IMG/VR virus record: IMGVR_UViG_3300013126_000037
Span: 1-57,240 of that record
DNA from: a virus
Taxonomy: Duplodnaviria > Caudoviricetes
Direction: 5' to 3' (one strand)
DNA length: 57,240 nucleotides
Positions 48,848-57,240 of this stretch are shown here, one piece after another (positions within the stretch are counted from its first letter, which is position 1; each line of letters begins with the position of its first letter). Made by a program: the position numbers and the translations under genes. The notes beneath the pieces are model-generated. The model worked only from the letters and a program-made list of their open reading frames with translations, did not search any database and was not told the origin of the DNA.

Positions 48848-50570
48848 AGACTTAGAGAAACTCACACCAAAGAAATTTAAACAGTTTGCAAGGCCAGACA
48901 AGCCGTTGGCTAACGCGTTGTTGGAAGCAATGGACGCTCGGTTAAAAGACATCATCGACACTGGGGACTACAACAGCGGGAGGGCATATTCTATTAACGG
49001 CGCAGAATTAGATTATCAACGGTGGCTCAAAACCTATGCTCCGCACGCAGCAAGTTCTAGTCTTGGCGAGCATCATAAACGTGCGTGGGAGTGGGCGGAA
49101 AACATAACACAAGGTGAACCTCCTCCTGCACTCATCGAGTGCTGGTTTCGTGGGGGCGGTAAAAGCACGACAATGGAATTGATATCTGCTCGTATTGCAG
49201 TCAAAGGTTCCAGAAGGTTTTTGCTATACGTTTGTTCTACTCAAGAAGCAGCTGACCGTCACGTTACTGACATTGCAACCACAATGGAACGCTGTGGAAT
49301 TGAAAGGGCTATGAACCGCTATGGCTTCTCGAAAGGTTGGAATGCGTCAAAGCTTAGAACTGCTAACGGGTTTAATGTTCTTGCCTTTGGTCTCGATACT
49401 GGTGCTCGTGGTGTTAAGTTGGACCATCTACGTCCAGATTTCATCATCTTGGACGATATTGATGAATTGGATGATTCGGTTACTAGAGTCGATAAAAAAA
49501 TCGCTACTATAACGCAAACCATTTTGCCAGCAAAGTCAAATGACTGCGCTATTGTTTTTGTTCAAAACAAAATTCATGCTAACTCAGTAATGAGCCAAGT
49601 ACTTTCTGGTGAACTGGACATGTTGCAAAATCGTGTGCAATCACCCATAGTTCCTGCTGTCCTTGACCTGCGATATGAACCTATCGAAAAAGAAGATGGT
49701 CGTATGGGTTACAAGATAACTGGCGGAACAGCATCATGGGAACACAAATCACTGGAGAATTGCCAGCGTGAAATTGACGACTACGGGCTTATATCGTTTT
49801 TGCGAGAATGTCAACATGACGTTGGTGTTGGAGGAAGATTTTTCCCTGAGTTTAAGCAACATGATGAAAAAGGTAATCCTTGGCATGTTGTTGATGTGGT
49901 GGATGTAAAACCTTGGTGGCGCGTGTGGGCATCTCACGACTTTGGTACAAACAGCCCCTGTGCATTCTTGTTATTTGCCTCAGACGATGTTGAAAACATA
50001 TATGTCATCGGAGAGGTTTATAAAAACGGTATGGTGTCTAGCCAACAGGCTGATGCGGCTCTAGAGTTGCTACGTGCGCGAGAAATGGCTGCACCTGTGG
50101 ACAAAGACATACCTGGTGGGCAGTGGAACACTAAACTTGAGGCGATTGCATTTGACTGGGGTAACACATTTCCTCCAGAAAAATACGATCAACGAATTGG
50201 TGAGTATCCCGTAGAAGTCTGGTGGCGTAAGGGTTTGCCAGCAGTGCGCGCTGTTAAAGACCGTAAGGCTGGATGGCGACGGTTAAAAGAATGGCTGGCG
50301 GCAAGTCGCATGACCGACGGAGTTGTTACACCTAGATTTCGTATATTGCGGAACAGTTGCCCGAACCTGATTAGAGAACTTGAGGGTGCAATGGCTGACC
50401 CGAAAGACCCTGAAGACCTTGACAACGGCACTAAAAGCGACCACGCACTTGACTCATGTCGATACGGTGTCATGTGGCGTGAATATCCAGTGAAGTGTGA
50501 TGAGGTAATTATCAACCCGGCTACAAAACCACACTGGTTGCAAGGCAAGAAGAACGAGGATTACTTGTGA
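48837..50570 (+). CDS. terL: Terminase large subunit
   Basis: Walker A-like RGGGKST, Walker B IILDDID, RNase H-like HDFG...P and DHALDS.RY. Confidence 0.92.
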   Translation: MNLRDLEKLTPKKFKQFARPDKPLANALLEAMDARLKDIIDTGDYNSGRAYSINGAELDYQRWLKTYAPHAASSSLGEHHKRAWEWAENITQGEPPPALIECWFRGGGKSTTMELISARIAVKGSRRFLLYVCSTQEAADRHVTDIATTMERCGIERAMNRYGFSKGWNASKLRTANGFNVLAFGLDTGARGVKLDHLRPDFIILDDIDELDDSVTRVDKKIATITQTILPAKSNDCAIVFVQNKIHANSVMSQVLSGELDMLQNRVQSPIVPAVLDLRYEPIEKEDGRMGYKITGGTASWEHKSLENCQREIDDYGLISFLRECQHDVGVGGRFFPEFKQHDEKGNPWHVVDVVDVKPWWRVWASHDFGTNSPCAFLLFASDDVENIYVIGEVYKNGMVSSQQADAALELLRAREMAAPVDKDIPGGQWNTKLEAIAFDWGNTFPPEKYDQRIGEYPVEVWWRKGLPAVRAVKDRKAGWRRLKEWLAASRMTDGVVTPRFRILRNSCPNLIRELEGAMADPKDPEDLDNGTKSDHALDSCRYGVMWREYPVKCDEVIINPATKPHWLQGKKNEDYL

Positions 50571-50695
50571 TTATTCTCGGCATATGTGCATGCGTGCTAT
50601 TAGCAGCATCTGTAGTAATGCAATTTGCAATATACTTCTATTTAAAGACGTTGGTTAAAACGCCTTGGTATTACAAGGAAAATAGGTATTTGTAA
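50567..50695 (+). CDS. Small membrane protein (42 aa) between terL and portal
   Basis: Read manually: GTGA overlap with the terL stop and TAATG overlap with the portal start; one hydrophobic helix. Confidence 0.55.
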   Translation: MIILGICACVLLAASVVMQFAIYFYLKTLVKTPWYYKENRYL

Positions 50696-52920
50696 TGGAT
50701 ATACGGGAAATATTGCAAGCGGCTATACAACGCACGCAACAACCAAAGGTGACTGCATTGCAAGCACCAAATGCTAAAGGTACGCCAGGCAGTTTTGATG
50801 TAGAGAATTTACTGCTCAATAAGGATGATGATTTATCAATTGACCACGGTAAATCGGAATGGCGAGTTAGTCCTGAGAACGACAAGGAAGAAGCACTCAA
50901 AGTCATTGCTTATGTAAAAAAGCAGTTTGATATGGCATATGTGTCTAGACTAGAAATGGAACTCGAATGGACACAAGCACTAGCATTTTTTGAGGGTAGG
51001 CAGTGGTTCAGGATTAATAGTCAGACACGTAACCTTGTTAATTTGCAAAACCCTAATGAGGCAGCACGTTATGTGACCGTAAATAAAATGCGTCCACTAA
51101 TTGATGGTGTTGTTGGCAAACTCACACAGTGCGCTCCAGATGCTAGGGCGGTACCACTTTCGTATAGCGAATTTGACCAACAGGCTAGCGAAGAAGCAAA
51201 CTTTATTGCTGGCCATTACACCAGGAAGTTTGGACGAGAAACACAAACTAAAGAGCGTGTTCGATGGGCGTGTGTTACGGGTACATCATTTGTAAAGGTT
51301 TGGTGGAATGCTAAAGCAGAACAAGTTGTTCCAGAATTTTCAATCATGGATGGTTCTGTCACAGGCTTTAAGTCAATGGCGATAGGGGATGTAGAAGAAC
51401 AAATTGTCCCGTGTTTTAACGTTTACTATGACCCAGTTGCACAGACAGATGATCAAGTTAGGTGGTTAATACATGCGTGCATTCGTCCTCTATCTTGGTT
51501 TGTCGACAATTACGGTGATGCTGGTAAAAAGGTGGTTCCAGATGCTATTGCTGGAGATAATGCGGGTTATGTGGATGCATACTTGGAAGGGTTGGGTAAC
51601 ACAGGGTTTGGGTGGGTTCAACCGTCGACAGCACGATTAAATAACGCTGACCATAAAAAACGAGCTGCTATTGTTTATGAGTATTGGGAAAAACCTACAG
51701 AACAGTATCCTAATGGTAGGTTTATTGTTAGCACAAACAGTGCATTGTTGTACGCTGGTGAATGGCCTTATGAGAAGAAAGACGAGTTTCCATTTGTGCC
51801 ATTGCGCTGGCAACCGCGTAGCGGTACGCCATACGGGCACAGCCTAGGGTTTGACTTGTGCCCGTTACAGCTTACCTACAACCGCCTGTATTCCAGAGCC
51901 GTAGAACAACTGGAGACTACTAAAGACTATGTGCTGGTGGAGCGTAACAGTAATATTGGGGCAGATGCCTTTAATAACACTAGTGATGACATCGAGGACA
52001 AGAATAGAACATATCGAAAAGTTTATTACAATCGAGGAAGTCACCCACCAACTATTACAAGAGCACCCGGAATAAGTGGTGACCTATTCCCGTTCATGCA
52101 AACTATCGAAAAAGACATGATGGATATCGCTGGACTACATGATGTATCTCAGGGTCAAGCACAAGCAGGTACTCCAGCGGAATCGGTCAAGTTACTGCAA
52201 CGGGCTGATAATACGCAGCACTCATACATACGTGCTGATATCGAAATTAGTATTGCGAAGATAAAGGAGTGGGAGATTGCACTCGTTAAAGAATTCGCAC
52301 CCGCTCCATTTGTTGGCAGTGTCGATGATCAAATTAATAGCAAGAGTCCTGCTCAACAAGGGATTGTTGATTTTCAAGCTATCCGTGAAGGTGGCATGTA
52401 TAAGGTTGTGTATGTACCTGGGTCATCTCAAGAAGACAGTCCTGAACAGAAGTTGCAAAAGATTGCAGCGTTAAGACAGATGGGTTTATTTGGTGATCCG
52501 GCTGACCCAGAAACAAATGCCCTCGTAGTCAAGATGTTACAGTTGCCAGAAACAGGAGAGATACTTGACCATCTTGCACGGCAAAACGAAAAGCAACAAC
52601 AGATGCAACAACAAATGATGGAAATGCAACAGCAACAAATGATGGCTCAACAACAGGGTCGAGGTCAGCAATATGACCCGGAGGCTGAAGGACACAAAGC
52701 AGAAATTGATGCGGAAAAGCAATCCGCTTTAGCAGAACAAAAAGCCCAACTTGAGCAACAGAAAATACAGGCACAAAGCAAAGCAAAGCAAGAAGAATAC
52801 GCTGCACAAAAAATTGCAGACATCAATCACGCTATGGCAATGCAAGCAGTTTCTCCGGAACCAAAAGAAACTTCTACTCCCGGAGGAAAGCAGAAACCGC
52901 AACCTGCACCAAAAAAATAA
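50695..52920 (+). CDS. Portal protein (P22-like, with Gln-rich C-terminal barrel)
   Basis: 'F..G.QW', 'N...P.I...VG', 'FPFVP', 'Q..YN', 'G..D...G', polyQ/M coiled coil; follows terL. Confidence 0.9.
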   Translation: MDIREILQAAIQRTQQPKVTALQAPNAKGTPGSFDVENLLLNKDDDLSIDHGKSEWRVSPENDKEEALKVIAYVKKQFDMAYVSRLEMELEWTQALAFFEGRQWFRINSQTRNLVNLQNPNEAARYVTVNKMRPLIDGVVGKLTQCAPDARAVPLSYSEFDQQASEEANFIAGHYTRKFGRETQTKERVRWACVTGTSFVKVWWNAKAEQVVPEFSIMDGSVTGFKSMAIGDVEEQIVPCFNVYYDPVAQTDDQVRWLIHACIRPLSWFVDNYGDAGKKVVPDAIAGDNAGYVDAYLEGLGNTGFGWVQPSTARLNNADHKKRAAIVYEYWEKPTEQYPNGRFIVSTNSALLYAGEWPYEKKDEFPFVPLRWQPRSGTPYGHSLGFDLCPLQLTYNRLYSRAVEQLETTKDYVLVERNSNIGADAFNNTSDDIEDKNRTYRKVYYNRGSHPPTITRAPGISGDLFPFMQTIEKDMMDIAGLHDVSQGQAQAGTPAESVKLLQRADNTQHSYIRADIEISIAKIKEWEIALVKEFAPAPFVGSVDDQINSKSPAQQGIVDFQAIREGGMYKVVYVPGSSQEDSPEQKLQKIAALRQMGLFGDPADPETNALVVKMLQLPETGEILDHLARQNEKQQQMQQQMMEMQQQQMMAQQQGRGQQYDPEAEGHKAEIDAEKQSALAEQKAQLEQQKIQAQSKAKQEEYAAQKIADINHAMAMQAVSPEPKETSTPGGKQKPQPAPKK

Positions 52921-52951
52921 AACTGTTGTGGTAAAGTGAGGAAAACAACTA

Positions 52952-53767
52952 ATGTCTGACGAGATGGTGACACCAACTCCCGATTCACCAGCGGGAGCGT
53001 CTGACTCCAACCTTGGTGGAGCTTTTGCTGAATTCATTCAGGACGCCGCCGGTCCTGAAGGTGATGCGACAGGGGCGTTAAACGCAGATGCAGTCAGCAA
53101 TGCAAGTCCGGATGACGTCATTAACGAGTTGCTTGGCCTAGAAGGTGACAAGCCCGGTAATGTCCCGTACGAGCGGTTCCGAGAGGTCAATGAGCGTGCA
53201 AAGCAAGCCGATGCCACATCTAATGAATTAGGTCAGTGGAAAGGTGTAATTGATGAGTTACGCGCCCAAGGATTTAATAGCGCCGCTGATGTACAGAAGG
53301 CCCTTGCAGAACAACAAGCACAAATGCAAGAGCAGGAAATCAGAGATCGCTACGAGCGCCTTTCGGAAGCTAATCTCATTGATGCGCAGAGCGCGTATGC
53401 TCAGCAGGAAGCTGAAATCACTCGACTTCGTTATGAACGACAGATGGGTGAAGTGCAACAGTATATGCTTGATAAGCAGATGACTGAAGCAATTACTCAG
53501 TTCCCTCTAGCAAAGCGGTCGCCAGACTTAGTTGCGAGTCTAGTGCAGTCAGGGATTAATCCCGCACAAGCTGCAGAACAGGTTCACAATATAGTCAAAG
53601 CAACTGCACAAGCTTTACTCCCAGATTTAACGAACAGGTTGAACAAGGGTGGAGCAGTTACACCAATGAGTAGCGGTCGGACACCAGCACCTGCTGTACA
53701 GCCTCCCGCTGCACAACGTGGACTATCTACCATTACGCAACTGCTAGGAATATCTAAAGACTCCTAA
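52952..53767 (+). CDS. Capsid scaffolding protein
   Basis: Acidic N-terminus, 'VPYERFREVN', coiled coil; between portal and capsid. Confidence 0.8.
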   Translation: MSDEMVTPTPDSPAGASDSNLGGAFAEFIQDAAGPEGDATGALNADAVSNASPDDVINELLGLEGDKPGNVPYERFREVNERAKQADATSNELGQWKGVIDELRAQGFNSAADVQKALAEQQAQMQEQEIRDRYERLSEANLIDAQSAYAQQEAEITRLRYERQMGEVQQYMLDKQMTEAITQFPLAKRSPDLVASLVQSGINPAQAAEQVHNIVKATAQALLPDLTNRLNKGGAVTPMSSGRTPAPAVQPPAAQRGLSTITQLLGISKDS

Positions 53768-53783
53768 GTAAAGGAAAGACAGT

Positions 53784-54836
53784 ATGGCAATTGACTTCAA
53801 CGGAGCGCTGACACTTGCAGACTATGCAGCTATCTCCAACGACAATCTCGTAAAAGAGATTACAAAAAGTCTGCACAAGACGTGGAATGCACTTAAGGAC
53901 ATCCCTCTGCACACTAGCCCAACATTGCGACAGGTTGGAATGCGTTACCTTAACGCTAACATTCCTGCTCCAAACTGGACTGGTATTAACTCAGAACCCG
54001 TTGCGTTCCGCAGTAAACCAAAATCTTACGAAGAGCAGTTGTACCTGGTTCGCAATAAACTAACCGTAGACCGACGTTTGCTTAACCAACCAAACTCTAT
54101 TATTGATCCAATCGAAGCACAGGTGCAGATGTTCCTCGAGGGCTTCGCCTATGATTTCAATGATAAATTTATAAACAATAACCCGGCAAGTGGTGCTGCC
54201 GGGAACTCAGCGGATTGTTTTCCGGGTTTGAATTATCGCCTGAATAACTACGCTGACTATGACATTCCATCAGAAATGATTATTCCATCACAGAACATTT
54301 CTGCTGGAACATTGGGTCTATTCCCAGCTTCGGGCAGTGGTGCAACGCCTGCTAATAAGTTTTTTGCAGACGTACAGCAGTTGTTTGACAACATGAATAG
54401 CCCAGACGGTGACGGAATTGTCCTGTACATGTCGGAGCTCACGAAGCGTCAAATGGAAATGGCAGTACGTGTCATGGGTATTGGTGCTGGATTTGATATC
54501 ACCCAAGATTCCTACGACCGACCTGTTGAAAAGTACAAGTCTGCAACAATTAGGACCGTTGGGCGTAAGTCTGACGGCGTGACGTCAGTCATTGGCAACA
54601 ACCAAGCATTGACGACTGCTGCTGGTGCTCAAACGGAAAAGTGTTCCTCCATTTTTGCAGTTCGATATGGCACTGGATACGTTACTGGCTGGCAGTCAGA
54701 GCCGTTCAAGCCAAAGTACTTGGGTTTGTCAAACGAAAATGGCATCATGCACAACGTGCTGTTTGACTGGGGTGTTGGCTTGTGGATTCCGCATAACCGC
54801 GCTCTTGGTCGTCTTGACCTCACGGTAGCGGTGTAA
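53784..54836 (+). CDS. Major capsid protein
   Basis: 'LTLAD.A', 'W..IN', 'F.GL..RL', 'SSI.AVRYG', C-terminal 'R.LGRL'; strong RBS; position. Confidence 0.88.
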   Translation: MAIDFNGALTLADYAAISNDNLVKEITKSLHKTWNALKDIPLHTSPTLRQVGMRYLNANIPAPNWTGINSEPVAFRSKPKSYEEQLYLVRNKLTVDRRLLNQPNSIIDPIEAQVQMFLEGFAYDFNDKFINNNPASGAAGNSADCFPGLNYRLNNYADYDIPSEMIIPSQNISAGTLGLFPASGSGATPANKFFADVQQLFDNMNSPDGDGIVLYMSELTKRQMEMAVRVMGIGAGFDITQDSYDRPVEKYKSATIRTVGRKSDGVTSVIGNNQALTTAAGAQTEKCSSIFAVRYGTGYVTGWQSEPFKPKYLGLSNENGIMHNVLFDWGVGLWIPHNRALGRLDLTVAV

Positions 54837-54864
54837 TTACTAACGGTTTTAAGGAGAATAAATT

Positions 54865-55710
54865 ATGGCACGTGATGCTAAACTCACAATCAAATGGGAC
54901 AACTCCGTTACTGGAATAAAAGCCCTGCCTAACGCTACTCAAACTATTGCTGGCGCAGCAAATGCCACTAACAGCAGTACGAGCCTTTGGGTTAACTTTG
55001 GCGGTTTCTTGCAGACAGTTGCAGATGCCGCATCATTTGCAGCACAGGCTGATGCACCTGCACCCGGATCGTCGGCTGTTCCACTGTTGAATTCGGGTGG
55101 TCGTGACCAGTTGTACATGCGTGTTGCCTACCAAGTAAACACGGCTTATGCGAACGCAGGTGACTTGAAGTTTGAAGTGCAAGCAACACAAGATGCGACT
55201 GTAGCGACTCCTGTAACGTATGTTATTGGGCAGACTGTTGCGCCTAATGGTATTACAGGTGGCGCGGCTATTTCTGGGTCAGCGGCAACTGCTACTGTCA
55301 CAGCGGTATCAGGAACCGTTTTGACAGCAGCTTCCCATGGTCTTAGTGTTGGAGACTATGTGCAACTGACTACTGTTGGTGGGTTGGTAATTAATAGCCA
55401 GACGCCACCAGCAAACTCGGTTTATCAAGTTCTTACTGTCCCAACAACAGGTACATTTACAATTGGACTTGGTCCTGGGTCGCTGTATAGCGGAGCAAGC
55501 ACATATGCGACAACTCCACTACCAGTATCTGGAACAATCTCTGGATGTGTATTTAAACGTGCATCCGGCGGACGCATCGCGTCAATTCCTATTGCACCAA
55601 ACCGTGCGGGAAGTCTTAGACTAAATACGGTTGGTGTGTCTGGTGCAGGAAGTCTAATTATTACTTCTGCATCGGTTGCATACGGACGTGATTCCGCTGC
55701 TATTGGCTAG
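54865..55710 (+). CDS. Capsid cement/decoration protein with inserted beta domain
   Basis: 'MARDAKL' start directly after the capsid gene; internal 'HGLSVGD.V.......Y.V..V....FTI' module. Confidence 0.6.
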   Translation: MARDAKLTIKWDNSVTGIKALPNATQTIAGAANATNSSTSLWVNFGGFLQTVADAASFAAQADAPAPGSSAVPLLNSGGRDQLYMRVAYQVNTAYANAGDLKFEVQATQDATVATPVTYVIGQTVAPNGITGGAAISGSAATATVTAVSGTVLTAASHGLSVGDYVQLTTVGGLVINSQTPPANSVYQVLTVPTTGTFTIGLGPGSLYSGASTYATTPLPVSGTISGCVFKRASGGRIASIPIAPNRAGSLRLNTVGVSGAGSLIITSASVAYGRDSAAIG

Positions 55711-55718
55711 GTGATGAC

Positions 55719-56366
55719 ATGACAAGAGGCGAGATTAAACGACGCATTAGGCTACTCGGCAGACATTATTTTGCTGGGGATAATGACCTAGACCCGTTTG
55801 GTCTTGACCTCTTGATTACGGAAGTCACTAATCAAATAGCACGGTCAACCGACTGTTACATTGGTAGGCGATACCTAGATATAGTCGCTGGCACAAGTGA
55901 ATATTGTGACAGCGACTTATATCGTGTCAAGAATATATTTGTATTGCAGCAAGACGGTGATTACGTCAGGGCCAAGTTAATTGACTGGGCAGACGCTCGG
56001 TCTCGTGACTTTAGACGTACCGATTTAGATACAGTGCCAACACACGCTATTGTGTTTGGCATGAACCGAATTAAACTGTACCCACAGCCATCAACGGCGA
56101 TAACCAATGGATTGATGATTGAGGGTTATGCTATCCCTGGCGATTACTGGTTGTATGACACATCAGGGAATCCTGTAACTCTTACAGATGCACATACGTG
56201 TCCTCTGCCTGAATCTGGACACGACGCAGTTGTATATGGCGTTCTCATGGAAAAAGCGTTGCAGATGCGTGACGGTGATGCCGCACAGATATACACGCAG
56301 AAATACCAAGATCGAGTTGGGCAATTAGAGTCCAATGCAGCCGTATACAGTAGGAGGACTCTGTAA
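55719..56366 (+). CDS. Head-tail adaptor protein
   Basis: 'MT..EI..RIR', 'LYP.P', 'P...HDA.VYG' pattern; position. Confidence 0.7.
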   Translation: MTRGEIKRRIRLLGRHYFAGDNDLDPFGLDLLITEVTNQIARSTDCYIGRRYLDIVAGTSEYCDSDLYRVKNIFVLQQDGDYVRAKLIDWADARSRDFRRTDLDTVPTHAIVFGMNRIKLYPQPSTAITNGLMIEGYAIPGDYWLYDTSGNPVTLTDAHTCPLPESGHDAVVYGVLMEKALQMRDGDAAQIYTQKYQDRVGQLESNAAVYSRRTL

Positions 56367-57109
56367 TGGCGTTATCAATTGCTAACATTAGAGAAGAAGC
56401 CTACAGACTCTTAAACGAAACTGACAGCAGTGTCTTGGGGCAATTACCTGATGGCACTGGCGGAGTTGACACTATATCTCCGACAGACGGTGTCACAACT
56501 TTTATCGTTGAAGCGATTACTGATTTATGTAAGACATGTGTCTATGTACCAGTAAGTGCAACACTTGCTTTTGCAAATAATAGCTTGTCATCAAATATTA
56601 CATCTGCTAGTGCAGTCACTAATAGTGGTTCTATATGGACTATAACAGACGTCTACTACGGCTCCACAAGATTATTGCATGCTAGCGAGCAATCTATCAG
56701 GGCAAATGACCTTAGTTATAAACAAACAACGGCTGGGTCAGTTGCTGGCATATTGTATTGGTATAAACCTGACGCTTATCGCGTGGCGGTGTATCCGTCC
56801 AATGCGACTGGTGGGTCAATCAATATGACTGTTTATGGTGCAGGTATACCGCCAATGCCCGTAGATGACGCAACGCCATCGTTAGACTTTTTGGCAGATG
56901 ATTTACTCAAGCAGTTACTGGCAACATATGTTGCAATGAAACTTATCATGAAAAATATTGATGACCCAAGTTTGGCTCAACGTATGTTTTGGCGCAACTG
57001 GTACGACGAGCAGCGCATGAAATTGTGGATGCAAATGGATATGTCCATGAAAACACCAGGTGCACCATTTGCCATACCGCCAGTTAATCCTTCAGGAGGC
57101 AAAAAATGA
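56366..57109 (+). CDS. Second adaptor-like/tail tubular protein
   Basis: Similar layout to the preceding gene ('IR......L', 'VYP', 'L..YVA'); TAATG coupling. Confidence 0.6.
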   Translation: MALSIANIREEAYRLLNETDSSVLGQLPDGTGGVDTISPTDGVTTFIVEAITDLCKTCVYVPVSATLAFANNSLSSNITSASAVTNSGSIWTITDVYYGSTRLLHASEQSIRANDLSYKQTTAGSVAGILYWYKPDAYRVAVYPSNATGGSINMTVYGAGIPPMPVDDATPSLDFLADDLLKQLLATYVAMKLIMKNIDDPSLAQRMFWRNWYDEQRMKLWMQMDMSMKTPGAPFAIPPVNPSGGKK

Positions 57110-57240
57110 GTATCGCGTGGGGACGGTTAATTTTAATTGCAATAGGTGCGTTTACTGCAAGTGCAGCTCCAGAGTTTGATTCTGCGTGGAAAGCACAACA
57201 CATTGCAGATACGGCTCCGTTTGGCGTTGTCATGCGTGTA
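57106..57240 (+). CDS. 3'-truncated protein with hydrophobic N-terminus
   Basis: ATGA overlap, RBS GGAGG; MSIAWGRLILIAIGAFTASAAPEF... runs off the window. Confidence 0.55.
   Translation, partial: MSIAWGRLILIAIGAFTASAAPEFDSAWKAQHIADTAPFGVVMRV

Noticed and set aside
19584-49672. Scattered ACCTGCG matches in coding regions (e.g. near 19585, 39971, 42405, 46484) as a genome-wide oriented signal
   Set aside because: A 7-mer is expected a few times per strand by chance, these lack the paired 46-bp partner, and I cannot run a proper enrichment test.
1-57240. Diversity-generating retroelement, tRNA genes, integrase/att site
   Set aside because: No reverse transcriptase motif, no adenine-specific repeat pair, no cloverleaf and no recombinase catalytic domain were recognised by eye. 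The unseen part of the genome could still contain them.

Overview
The window is a large part of a tailed dsDNA phage genome with podovirus-type (P22-like) virion gene order, probably circularly permuted. Two arms diverge from a C-run-rich non-coding junction at ~39.0-39.2 kb. The rightward arm encodes accessory and nucleotide-metabolism genes (HTH-Tad2-like fusion, thermonuclease, C5 methyltransferase with a nested +1-frame ORF, dUTPase, CHAP lysin, SSB), then terminase, portal, scaffold, capsid and adaptors. It appears to continue at the window start with the tail nozzle, ejection proteins and a 4841-aa polyvalent-type protein. The leftward arm begins with an ordered array of about 8 small-gene expression cassettes (33.56-39.02 kb), separated by 9 copies of a ~175-bp composite element: terminator, second hairpin, two TACYWGCG boxes 45-46 bp apart, a -10-like block 49 bp further on, and a hairpin holding the RBS. 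The copies share blocks in a mosaic pattern that suggests shuffling. Downstream lie an operon with two covarying H-type pseudoknot leaders and a lambda-like replication/recombination module (VRR-NUC, SSAP, Gam-like, LmbU-like, initiator with iterons, loader, DnaB). The initiator's iteron recurs 8 kb away over the predicted start site of the last array promoter. No integrase, polymerase, tRNA or CRISPR array was recognised. All family calls are by eye from motifs and gene order; no searches were run.
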